Positions 18,703 to 28,002 are shown, counted from the first letter of the stretch. The stretch is 41,227 nucleotides of DNA from Exilispira sp. (GCA_035385485.1 DAOOKC010000004.1:1-41227); one strand, 5' to 3'. Notes: generated by a model not told the origin, from the letters alone. Made by a program: numbers and translations.

Positions 18703-18803
18703 ATTTAGTCCTTAATAGTTTTATTAAGTATTGCTATTTTATCAAAATTTTCAAGGATAAAAAATTTGACATAGTAAGTATTTTTATTAAATTAATATTA
18801 ATT

Positions 18804-20348
18804 ATGCAAAATAAAGAAAAGTTTAAAGATGATCTTTTAATTCTTTTACATTCTTTAGATATAAAACATTTTTCCTGTTTCATAAACTTTAATGACTTAA
18901 AAAACTACTATTTTCAGATTTTTTCTTTTCCAATTATAGACAAAAAAGAATTTACAATAGATGAATTTTGGCAATATGCAAACTCAAATTCATTGATTAA
19001 TAAGATTATAAAAAAAGAAGAAAACAATTATTCTCTTATTTTTCTATACAAAAATGATAATAATAAATATGATGATCTTTACAATTTTTTATTTTCTTCT
19101 TTTAATATTTATGTAAATCAAAATGAGTATCAAGAAAGTGAAATAATAAAAGAACTATATGATTGGACTTTACATCAAATAATAAAAGAAGAGAATCAAA
19201 ATAAAAAAATAGATACTTTTTTTCAATACATTTTAAATAAATTGGCCAACTATTTTGATGCCTTTGCGGGATATTTCAATCTTAATTTTATGCTAAATGA
19301 GATAAAATATGAATATCATTATACATTAAATGAATCTTCAGATGAAGGATTTAATCAATTTGACATCAACATTTCTTTTGAAAATCAATTCTCTTCTATT
19401 ATGACATTATTTCTTAAAAATACATCATATAAAAATCTACCTATTAGTTATGAAAAAAAACTAATTTTACCTAAACTTCAAAAAGCACTTGGATTTTTAA
19501 TTTTTTCATTTTTCTTTTTAAGCGAGCAAAAAGCATATATAGAAAACCTTGAAGAGATTGTCATACAAAATAAAAGTGAATTGAAAACAAAAAATCAACA
19601 ACTTTTAAGACAGCTTCATACAATTACTGAGATTGAACAATCCCGCAATCTTATATTTAGCAAAATTTATCATCAACTTTTAACTCCATTAAATTCAATT
19701 CTTGGTTTTACTATGTATATTATTAACTTTGCGAGTAATTCTTTATCAAAAGAAATTTTAGATGACATTGAAAATATAGAGTTAAACTCATTATTTTTAT
19801 TATACAATATACTTGATATAATTGACTATACAAGGATTAACACAAATAGTTTTTCATGTAAATATGAGGCATTTGATTTTCATCAGGTAATTGAGATTAT
19901 TCAAAAAATTATATTATTTTTACAAAAATATTTTGATGCAAAAATTGAATTGGAGGTAGACGATTTTGAATCAAGTTTTACTCATGATTATAAGAGAATT
20001 GAACAGGTGATTTTTACTTTACTATTTTTTGCATTATCAAGTAAGACACATGGAAATTATGTATTAAAAATAAAGATGGATGAAAACGATAATATTAGAA
20101 AGGTTAGTGCCAATATAATTATAGAATCACCCATGATAGATGAAAATTATTTTTTAAAGTTAAAATATTACAAAGAGAATATTGATTCAAAAAATTTTAA
20201 AAATTTTACTCATGAGGATTTTCTAGCCTACTGTCCAATTCAAATAATTTCCCATTGTAATGATGAAATTGAATTTGAAAAAACTCAAATTTCTTTTATA
20301 ATCAAATTAAAGTTCATAGAAAAAAAGATGAATATTAATTGGGGGTAG
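18804..20348 (+). CDS. histidine-kinase-like protein with intact H-box but degenerate ATP-binding domain
   Basis: The DHp H-box is IYHQLLTPLNSILGF. The N-box asparagines are lost (QVIFTLLFFALSS), and I can find no DxGxG or GxGxG boxes. Confidence 0.6.
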   Translation: MQNKEKFKDDLLILLHSLDIKHFSCFINFNDLKNYYFQIFSFPIIDKKEFTIDEFWQYANSNSLINKIIKKEENNYSLIFLYKNDNNKYDDLYNFLFSSFNIYVNQNEYQESEIIKELYDWTLHQIIKEENQNKKIDTFFQYILNKLANYFDAFAGYFNLNFMLNEIKYEYHYTLNESSDEGFNQFDINISFENQFSSIMTLFLKNTSYKNLPISYEKKLILPKLQKALGFLIFSFFFLSEQKAYIENLEEIVIQNKSELKTKNQQLLRQLHTITEIEQSRNLIFSKIYHQLLTPLNSILGFTMYIINFASNSLSKEILDDIENIELNSLFLLYNILDIIDYTRINTNSFSCKYEAFDFHQVIEIIQKIILFLQKYFDAKIELEVDDFESSFTHDYKRIEQVIFTLLFFALSSKTHGNYVLKIKMDENDNIRKVSANIIIESPMIDENYFLKLKYYKENIDSKNFKNFTHEDFLAYCPIQIISHCNDEIEFEKTQISFIIKLKFIEKKMNINWG

Positions 20349-20349
20349 T

Positions 20350-21021
20350 ATGATAAAAACTAAAAATAAATTTAAACTTAATAATTTAATAATTTTCATT
20401 ATTTTGACATTACTGATTATTTTTTTCTTTGTTTCATCTTCAAATCCATTTTCAAGTTTAACTCAAAATCAGAAAATAATTCTTGCTCAAGCATATTATA
20501 AAGTCGCTCTTTATTATTATGAACATAACAATAAAGAAAAAGGTGATGCCTTTAAATCTGTTGCAAGATACCTTGATCCAAATTTTGTTCAAAAAGAGAT
20601 TTCGCTAATACCCAAATCTTTAACAGATGAGCAGATCGAGTTAAAAATTCAACAGGCAAAAGAAAAAGCTCCAGATTTTATCCAGAATTTTTTTAAATCA
20701 AGAGAGAAAAAATCTTTATCATATCCAGTATATAACTTAAAAACAGCCGATCTTTTTACAGATGAAACTATTGATGTCCTTTTAAATATTGATGAGATTA
20801 AGTATTTTTTTGAAAATAACTATAAAATAGAAAAAATAGAATATGAAAAAGCTGCAAGTCTATCATCATTTTTACCTTTGGTATATTTAGATGATGATTT
20901 AATCTATATTTTGCATAGCGAAAATAATGAAAAAATTTTAATTTTATTAATTAGAAATTTTGGTATTGATTTAAAAATAATTGGTTTTTTACCAGTGACA
21001 AAAACAACAGTATTGAAATAA
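20350..21021 (+). CDS. hypothetical membrane-anchored protein
   Basis: It has a single N-terminal TM helix, and its start lies 1 nt after the stop of the kinase-like gene. I recognise no domain. Confidence 0.5.
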   Translation: MIKTKNKFKLNNLIIFIILTLLIIFFFVSSSNPFSSLTQNQKIILAQAYYKVALYYYEHNNKEKGDAFKSVARYLDPNFVQKEISLIPKSLTDEQIELKIQQAKEKAPDFIQNFFKSREKKSLSYPVYNLKTADLFTDETIDVLLNIDEIKYFFENNYKIEKIEYEKAASLSSFLPLVYLDDDLIYILHSENNEKILILLIRNFGIDLKIIGFLPVTKTTVLK

Positions 21022-21299
21022 AATAACTTGTAAATCAGATTTTTTAATGTTTTTTCAATTTTTCTTGTTTCACTTGTTTCAAAGATTTTTTCAATTTATT
21101 TTATTCAAAACTTATTTAACTGAGTTTTTATATTTTAATTAATTTTTTATTAAAAAAATAAAAATAACACCAAAAATAGTAAATATAAATTATTATATAA
21201 TCAGAATGTAAATTTAAATTATTATGTAAAAAGTAAAATAAATTAACGAAATTAACAAAAATAAATTGAAAAATTTATTTTAAAATATAAACTTTTTTT

Positions 21300-21550
21300 G
21301 CTGTAGGATACAGGAGCGAAAGCATAAAAGGGAAACAGGTGAAAATCCTGTGCGCACCCAGGCACTGTAAAGGCGAGTGCTCTTCAAAATATGTCACTGC
21401 CATAAAATGGTGGGAAGGCTGAAGAGTTTGCCTGAGCCAGGAGACCTTCCTGTATCTTTAGAAGATATCCGCTAGGGGAGGGTTATCTTCTGGTTCGAGT
21501 TTTTCATTTAACTTGACCAAGCATCTCCCCTCCAAAAATCAATTTGGAGG
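21300..21550 (+). promoter_or_regulatory. cobalamin (B12) riboswitch: aptamer ~21300-21458, expression platform to the SD at 21546-21550
   Basis: Conserved elements seen: AAAAGGGAAACAGGUGAAAAUCCUGU, GCACUGUAA, GUCACUG...UGGGAAGGC, and the B12 box GAGCCAGGAGACCUUCC. The P1 stem pairs GGAUACAGGA (21306-21315) with UCCUGUAUC (21448-21456). Confidence 0.9.
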
Positions 21551-21554
21551 AATT

Positions 21555-22715
21555 ATGAAATCAAAAAATCTTAGGCTACTGTTACCACTCTTTTTAATTA
21601 TCTTTATCCTTTTTTCTTCATGTGTTTTAAATACTGATGGCTCATTAAGTTATTTCCGTGATTATCTTTTAATCTTAAACTCAACTGGAAATGTTGTTAT
21701 CCCTTATGATTTATTGGCAAATCAATTTAATGAAAAACCTATTCCAGTTGGACCTCAAGCAGATAAGAATTATGCCCCACAACAGATAATATTATCTGCT
21801 GATGAAAACTATATTTATATCATCAATTCGCTCGATAATTCAGTGACAAAATTTACAAAAAATATGGTTTATATTACAAGATATTCTCTTCCTGAAGGTA
21901 CCAATCCTTATAATGGATTTATTGATGGTAACTATATGTATATATCAGGAAATGTTAGTGCAAAGGTTCTAAAGTTAAATCTTTTAAATTCTACTGTCAT
22001 TCAAAGTGAAGCATTATACTCAACAAATGGTGGTATTCAGGCGATAGAAAATTTAAATTCTGAATATCTTATGACTGTAAATATAAATTATGATTTATCT
22101 ACCTATAGCTACTTAAATAGTATTATCTATATTCTTAGAAAAGATAATTTACAAAAAGTTAAAGAATTTGAACTTGATTCTAATTTTATTGGAAAACCAT
22201 TGAAAAATTTTCAGCAGGCAGTTGTTCATCAAGAAAGTGATGGGATTTATTGTGACTTACTTTCTACAGGAGCTTATGGTTTTTCAGGTACCGAAGATTC
22301 GGGTTTTTTAAGAATAAAGATCGAAATTAGTGGTTCAACCATTAATTTTACAAAAATTTGCTCAGATAGTTTGCCAATAGGAGAGTATATAGGTGCTGTT
22401 TCTTCTATTTATTCGGGTTATCTTTATTTTATATCAAATAAATATGTTTACAGGCTTCCAATAAATGGTAATTCTATCTCTTTTTCAAGTGGAATTGAAA
22501 AAAATACAAATACTTTGGGAAAAACAAATTTATCTTTAATAGCTGTTAATAATACTGAAGATGGAGAATATATTGCAATAGTTGATTCTCCTTGGGGATC
22601 ACCTTGTTCTTTATTTATTTCAAAATTATCTTCTTCATTTAGTAGCATTAACTTTACAAACCCAAAAGAATTTTCTGGATATCCTGTCGATCTACTTTTT
22701 AGGGTATCAGATTAA
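21555..22715 (+). CDS. lipoprotein with beta-propeller-like (YVTN/LVIVD-type) repeats; candidate cobalamin-capture protein
   Basis: An ATG at 21555 follows a GGAGG SD; the TTG at 21513 in the track lies inside the riboswitch platform. The signal peptide ends in LFSSC. Repeated motifs include NYIYIINSLDNSVTKF, GNYMYISGNV, SGYLYFISNKYVYRL and GEYIAIVDSPWG. Confidence 0.6.
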   Translation: MKSKNLRLLLPLFLIIFILFSSCVLNTDGSLSYFRDYLLILNSTGNVVIPYDLLANQFNEKPIPVGPQADKNYAPQQIILSADENYIYIINSLDNSVTKFTKNMVYITRYSLPEGTNPYNGFIDGNYMYISGNVSAKVLKLNLLNSTVIQSEALYSTNGGIQAIENLNSEYLMTVNINYDLSTYSYLNSIIYILRKDNLQKVKEFELDSNFIGKPLKNFQQAVVHQESDGIYCDLLSTGAYGFSGTEDSGFLRIKIEISGSTINFTKICSDSLPIGEYIGAVSSIYSGYLYFISNKYVYRLPINGNSISFSSGIEKNTNTLGKTNLSLIAVNNTEDGEYIAIVDSPWGSPCSLFISKLSSSFSSINFTNPKEFSGYPVDLLFRVSD

Positions 22716-22745
22716 TAAAATTATTAATAAATAAATCAAAAATCT

Positions 22746-23651
22746 ATGAAAAGGGAAAAAGATAAGATATTAAAAAGCTTTTTCATAAAAGTTCTCTCCG
22801 AAAATTTTTATAAAATAAGGAAAAAGCCATCGTCAATTATGATTGCACTTTTCTTATCTTTTTCCCTTCATCTTGTTATTATATTTTTAATAAGTATTTT
22901 ATCGAGTGGTCAACAAAATATAATAGAAACAAGAAAAATAGATATAAAACCTATAGAAATTAATTTAGCAAGCAATATATTTTTAAATAATCCTGATTCT
23001 TCTGATTTAAGTTCATTAAAATTAAAAAACGAGAAAAGATTAAAAGAAAATAAATTTAATAATTTACTAAATTTAATTACTAAGTCAGATCAAAACCATA
23101 ATAATGAATTTAAAGAAAGAACAGAAGATAATCAATTTGATAAATCTAATAGTTTATCTCAAAATCAAAAAGAAAATCAAGATGAAATTATTGATGAAAA
23201 AAGTGAAAACAATGGAAGTAATGAAATTGATCAGAATTCATCAAATGATATAAACTTTGATAAAAATTCTGATTTAATTGGATCTTCAAAAGAATATGTC
23301 GAATATGAAGAGGGCAATTCATCAGGTAATGATTCTCCATTTTCATCAGAAAATATTTTATCCTATTCAATAAATTATACTTCATTATTTAAATATCCAA
23401 AAGATGCTTTAAAGCTAGGACTTCAGGGAATAGTTAAAATTAAGGTGCAGATAGATACTGAAGGTAAAGTTGTTCAGGTTTTATTGTTAGAAAGTTCGGG
23501 ATCAAAGATTTTAGACAATTATACAATAAAGCAGGCAAGTCAGCTTTTATTTACTTTTCCTAAAGATAAAAGACCCGATAGAACATTCTGGGTTACAATA
23601 AAAGTAATCTATTCTATAAAATCTATGGTCACTGTTCAGACAGGGGATTAA
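22746..23651 (+). CDS. tonB: TonB-family energy transducer
   Basis: There is an N-terminal TM anchor. The C-terminal TonB domain reads YPKDALKLGLQGIVKIKVQIDTEGKV...SSGSKILDNYTIKQ. A low-complexity linker joins them. Confidence 0.7.
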   Translation: MKREKDKILKSFFIKVLSENFYKIRKKPSSIMIALFLSFSLHLVIIFLISILSSGQQNIIETRKIDIKPIEINLASNIFLNNPDSSDLSSLKLKNEKRLKENKFNNLLNLITKSDQNHNNEFKERTEDNQFDKSNSLSQNQKENQDEIIDEKSENNGSNEIDQNSSNDINFDKNSDLIGSSKEYVEYEEGNSSGNDSPFSSENILSYSINYTSLFKYPKDALKLGLQGIVKIKVQIDTEGKVVQVLLLESSGSKILDNYTIKQASQLLFTFPKDKRPDRTFWVTIKVIYSIKSMVTVQTGD

Positions 23652-23684
23652 TTAAAAAAACATATAGTAAAAAAATAAAAAACT

Positions 23685-25553
23685 ATGAAAAATAAAATTA
23701 ATATTAAAAAGGGTAAAAAAAACTATTTTATAGTATTATTTCTTTTTATTTTTAGTTTATTATTATTTATTTTTTTATCTTCATTTCAGACTTTAGCCCA
23801 AGAGATTACCATTAATGTTACAGATCAATCTGAACAACAAACTACTATTGATGTAGAAGTTTATGATGAGCAGGATTTAGAAGAAAGCTTAAGTTCTAGT
23901 TTAACAGAATTCTTGCAGACTCAATCTTTTCTTTATATAGCTAAAGGTGTTGATGATTCTGAGATTGGATTTTTAATTCTTAGAGGTTTTTCAAACTCCA
24001 GAATTGCAATATTTTTAGATGGCATTCCAATTTCTTTATCTCAAATCAATGCCTTAAAACTTCCATTAAATCTTATAAGCAAAATAGTGATATATAAAGG
24101 GAATGTTTCTGCACTTTTTGGTCCAAATGCCATAGGTGGTGCTATACTTATCTGGACAAAAGATAAAAAACAGGGAGCAATAAATTTTGGTTCTTTATAT
24201 TTATCATCATTGGTTAACTTTGGTGGTTTTTTTCATCTATCATCTTTTAATAATAATATATTTTCCTCTTTTGACTTAAATGCCAAATATTTTTCAAATT
24301 CATATGATGATTCCTTTGGAAAAAGCGATTTTTATGATATTTTTTCAAAATTTCTAATAGAATTTGATTCATTTTCTTTCTCATTTTTGGTAGATTATTA
24401 TAAAAAATTTTTACCAAATGATATTCAATTCCCATATTTTAATACATATAAAGAATCTTTATCTTTGCTGACATTCTTTCGTCTCAATGATTTTTTAATC
24501 TCATTTGAATACATAAATGAATATTTTTCCTGTCACGATTATACATATAAAATAGATGAGAAAAGAGAATTATTTTATGGATTTTTAAGTTTCCCTTTTA
24601 TCATATATAAAAATGATACTACTACTTTTAGTTCAAATATAAGTTTAAAATTTGAATACTTAAAAGATGATACATTGATATTTGATGAAGTCTATGGTGG
24701 ACTTCTATCCACCTGTTTTATTTTAAATAAAAGTTTTATTTCTTTATTTGATCTTTTAATAAGCCTAAGTCTTGATTTAAATGCAAAATATTCTAACAAG
24801 CTTGATTATTTTCTAATTCCATCATTGTACTTGAATTTAAGTAAAAAATTTGATCTTTCTGATAAACTTAATTTTTCTATCTATACAAAATTAGGAACAG
24901 GATATAGACTTCCTTCTTTTAGTGAGTTGTTTACGTCATATGGTATTGTGGCAATTGGTAATCCAGATTTAAAACCAGAAAAATCCTATGGAATTGAATT
25001 TGGTGCAGGACTTAATTCAAACAAGTTTGAAACTAATCTTTCTTTTTATTACTATTATTTTGATGATTTTATTGTCTGGATAAGAAGATTTGATAATAGA
25101 TTTAAACCAATAAATTTTGCTAAAGGTTATAATCTTGGCTTGGATTTTGAGATACAATATTCAATACCTATTGGAGAAGAATCATATATTCAGTTTTCTC
25201 CATTGATCTCTTTGATTATTCCAAAGATACTTGAAGGTCAATTGATATTAAATGAAGTTTATGTTCCATATGTTCCACTTGCAAATATAATCTTCGATAT
25301 TGATTATGTTTATACCGAAAAATTAAGGTTAAAACTTGAATTTATTTATAGAGGAATAAGATTTATTACAATTGAAAATTATAATTGGTTTTCACCATAT
25401 TTTTTAATAAATTTTGATTTAACTTATTATATTTCACAAAAATCAAATGTTTCATTTTCAATTAAAAATTTACTTGGAACTACTTACTACGATCTTTTAT
25501 ACTATCCCGTTAGTAATATAACTTTTGATCTTGAATTTTCTTTTTATTTTTAA
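23685..25553 (+). CDS. TonB-dependent outer membrane receptor, BtuB-like
   Basis: Evidence includes a signal peptide, a TonB-box-like EITINVT, plug motifs (LILRGFSNSRIAIFLDGIPI; IVIYKGNVSALFGPNAIGGAI), alternating beta-strand sequence and a terminal aromatic residue (..FSFYF). The ~620-aa size is typical of BtuB, and the gene lies in a B12-riboswitch operon. Confidence 0.8.
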   Translation: MKNKINIKKGKKNYFIVLFLFIFSLLLFIFLSSFQTLAQEITINVTDQSEQQTTIDVEVYDEQDLEESLSSSLTEFLQTQSFLYIAKGVDDSEIGFLILRGFSNSRIAIFLDGIPISLSQINALKLPLNLISKIVIYKGNVSALFGPNAIGGAILIWTKDKKQGAINFGSLYLSSLVNFGGFFHLSSFNNNIFSSFDLNAKYFSNSYDDSFGKSDFYDIFSKFLIEFDSFSFSFLVDYYKKFLPNDIQFPYFNTYKESLSLLTFFRLNDFLISFEYINEYFSCHDYTYKIDEKRELFYGFLSFPFIIYKNDTTTFSSNISLKFEYLKDDTLIFDEVYGGLLSTCFILNKSFISLFDLLISLSLDLNAKYSNKLDYFLIPSLYLNLSKKFDLSDKLNFSIYTKLGTGYRLPSFSELFTSYGIVAIGNPDLKPEKSYGIEFGAGLNSNKFETNLSFYYYYFDDFIVWIRRFDNRFKPINFAKGYNLGLDFEIQYSIPIGEESYIQFSPLISLIIPKILEGQLILNEVYVPYVPLANIIFDIDYVYTEKLRLKLEFIYRGIRFITIENYNWFSPYFLINFDLTYYISQKSNVSFSIKNLLGTTYYDLLYYPVSNITFDLEFSFYF

Positions 25554-25631
25554 TCTATTTTTTATTTTTTAAATTTTATTTTTTTAAAATTTGTCTTTTG
25601 TCAAATATCAAAAATGTTTTAAACTAATATT

Positions 25632-27668
25632 ATGAAAAGGCTAAAAGTAGTTCAACTGGATCCCTATCTTGAACCATATAATGAGTTTATCAATGATTTA
25701 CATCATAGGTATTTAGAAAAGAAAAAGCAGCTATTAAAAACTGATTCAATTGAATATAAAACGCTTTCAGATTTTGCAAATGGTTATCTTTACTTTGGAT
25801 TTCATTATACAAAAGATTCTTTAATATATAGAGAATGGGCTCCTAATGCATATGCAGTTTATTTTACAGGTGAGTTTTGTAATTGGGAAAGAAAAAAATA
25901 TAGGCTTGAACCTCAAGGAAATGGCATCTGGCAGATAGAACTACCACTTGAACTTTTCGATTTTAATAAATTTTGTAACGGAATAAAGGTAAAAGCATAT
26001 TTGGTCACATGCATAGGAGAGCATTTTAGAATTCCTCTTTATTCAAGATATGTAGTTCAGGATCCTGTAACTCATGATTTTTCTGCCCTAATATTACCAA
26101 TAGAAAAATCCAATAATTTTAATTGGGAAAATGATATCAGTCATATAAAAAAAGAAAAAAAAACAAAACCACTACTTATTTATGAAGCTCATATAGGAAT
26201 GGCACAAGAAAAAGAAGGTATTGGTACTTACAAAGAATTTACTGAAAATATTTTGCCTTATATAAGAGATCTTGGTTATGATGCCATTCAGCTTATGGGT
26301 ATAATGGAACATCCTTTTTATGGTTCTTTTGGATATCAGGTTTCAAATTTTTTTGCTATATCTTCAAGATTTGGAACTATAGAGGACTTAAAACAACTTA
26401 TAGATACAGCTCATTCATATGGAATTTTAGTCTTTCTTGACCTTGTCCATTCTCATAGTGTAAAAAATATAAATGAAGGTATCAACCTCTTTGATGGGAC
26501 TCAAATGCAATTTTTTCATGAAGGAAAGCAGGGGATTCATCCTGTCTGGGATTCAATGCTTTTTAATTATGGTAAAAATGAGGTGATTCATTTTCTTTTA
26601 TCAAATATAAAATATTGGCTGATGGAATTCAAATTTGATGGATTTAGATTTGATGGGATAACTTCAATGATTTATACCCATCATGGTATAGGCAAGGCTT
26701 TTACATCTTATGATATGTATTTTTGCGAAGAATTAGATAAAGATGCTATAATATATTTGAAACTGGCAAATGATCTTATTCATGAAATAGATCCTTCAAA
26801 CTTTAGCATTGCAGAAGATATGAGTGGCTTTCCTGGCATGGCTTTAAGTGTTAAAGATGGTGGAGTCGGTTTTGATTTTAGATTGGGGATGGGAATACCA
26901 GATTTTTTTGAAAGATATATTTCAGTAGTTTCCGATGAAAATTTAAATCTTGAAGAGTTGGTTCATATATTAATTTCAAGAAGACCAGAAGAAAAGGTTA
27001 TTGCCTATTGCGAATCTCATGATCAGGCAATGGTCGGGGGGAAAACTTTATTTTTTAGACTTGTGGATAAAGAAATTTATACGGCAATGCATATAAATGA
27101 TAAAAATTTAATAATTGATAGAGGTATAGCATTACACAAGATTTTTAGACTTTTAGTCCTTCTTTTAGGCGGGGAAGGATATTTAACATTTATTGGTAAT
27201 GAATGGGGACATCCAGAATGGATAGATTTCCCAAGGGAAGGGAATAATTTTAGTTTTAAGCATGCAAGAAGACTCTGGTCGCTTCAAAAAGATGAGAATT
27301 TAAAATTCAAGTTTTTATTTAATTTTGAAAAACAGATGATCAAGCTTTATAAATCTATTCATAATTTTCTTGAATCTAAAATAGAGTACTTAAATGTAGA
27401 TAATAAGGAAAAATTAATAACCTTTATAAAAGATAATATTGTTTATGCTTTCAATTTAAATCCAGATAAAAGTTTTGAAAAATATAGAATAAAGTCGGGT
27501 AAGGCTAAAAATTATTCATTGATATTTTCATCTGATGATAAAGAATTTGGGGGATTTGATAGAGTTGATAAAACAATATTATATCCCGTCTTTGAAAGTA
27601 ACAATGAATATAATCTTTTTATTTATCTTCCAGCAAGAACAGCCCTTGCATTTGAAAAAATAGAGTAA
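25632..27668 (+). CDS. glgB: 1,4-alpha-glucan branching enzyme (GH13)
   Basis: GH13 catalytic blocks are present: DLVHSH, GFRFDGITSM, SIAEDMSG and YCESHDQA. The length is about 680 aa. Confidence 0.85.
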   Translation: MKRLKVVQLDPYLEPYNEFINDLHHRYLEKKKQLLKTDSIEYKTLSDFANGYLYFGFHYTKDSLIYREWAPNAYAVYFTGEFCNWERKKYRLEPQGNGIWQIELPLELFDFNKFCNGIKVKAYLVTCIGEHFRIPLYSRYVVQDPVTHDFSALILPIEKSNNFNWENDISHIKKEKKTKPLLIYEAHIGMAQEKEGIGTYKEFTENILPYIRDLGYDAIQLMGIMEHPFYGSFGYQVSNFFAISSRFGTIEDLKQLIDTAHSYGILVFLDLVHSHSVKNINEGINLFDGTQMQFFHEGKQGIHPVWDSMLFNYGKNEVIHFLLSNIKYWLMEFKFDGFRFDGITSMIYTHHGIGKAFTSYDMYFCEELDKDAIIYLKLANDLIHEIDPSNFSIAEDMSGFPGMALSVKDGGVGFDFRLGMGIPDFFERYISVVSDENLNLEELVHILISRRPEEKVIAYCESHDQAMVGGKTLFFRLVDKEIYTAMHINDKNLIIDRGIALHKIFRLLVLLLGGEGYLTFIGNEWGHPEWIDFPREGNNFSFKHARRLWSLQKDENLKFKFLFNFEKQMIKLYKSIHNFLESKIEYLNVDNKEKLITFIKDNIVYAFNLNPDKSFEKYRIKSGKAKNYSLIFSSDDKEFGGFDRVDKTILYPVFESNNEYNLFIYLPARTALAFEKIE

Positions 27669-27692
27669 AATAAAATTTCGAAATACATAATA

Positions 27693-27970
27693 TTAAGAAA
27701 AATAATATAAAAGAAGATAAGGAAAGAAATTAAGAAAAAAGTAGACTGGAAAATATATAAAAAATAGAAAAAAATAGAAAATATAGCAAAAGATAGAAAA
27801 AAGAATTAAAAGATAAAAAAATAAAAGAACAAAAAGCCAAAATAAAAAAAATAAAAAAAAATAAAAGATTAAAAAAAGAAAAGAATAAAAGAATAACAGA
27901 ATAAAAAGCACTAAATAAATATACTAAATAATAAAAATTAATATAAAAAATAAATAATAAAATAAATACA
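27693..27970 (+). repeat. strand-asymmetric A-rich low-complexity tract (non-coding)
   Basis: Over about 280 nt the plus strand is overwhelmingly A, with scattered G and T and roughly ten C by hand count. Motifs such as ATAGAAAA and ATAAAA recur. Confidence 0.8.
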
Positions 27971-27975
27971 AAAAA

Positions 27976-28002
27976 GGTTGCCTTATAAAAATAAAGGCAA
28001 CC
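27976..28002 (-). terminator. rho-independent terminator of groES
   Basis: A 9-bp stem GGTTGCCTT/AAGGCAACC encloses a 9-nt loop. On the minus strand it is followed by a T-run. It lies 25 nt after the groES stop. Confidence 0.65.

Noticed and set aside
18766-18803. A TTGACA at 18766-18771, suggesting a promoter and possibly a leaderless transcript for the kinase-like gene.
   Set aside because: No acceptable -10 hexamer lies at 16-18 nt spacing. The best candidate, TAATAT at 18793-18798, is 21 nt away. This is too weak to report as a feature.
21488-21500. GGTTCGAG, resembling a tRNA T-arm (GGTTCGAAT).
   Set aside because: It sits in the riboswitch platform. There is no acceptor stem, anticodon arm or D-arm around it. 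I saw no tRNA anywhere in the window.
21513-21554. The TTG start given by the track for the riboswitch-controlled lipoprotein.
   Set aside because: It lies inside the riboswitch expression platform and has no SD. The ATG at 21555 follows a GGAGG and begins a normal lipoprotein signal peptide (MKSKNLRLLLPLFLIIFILFSSC).
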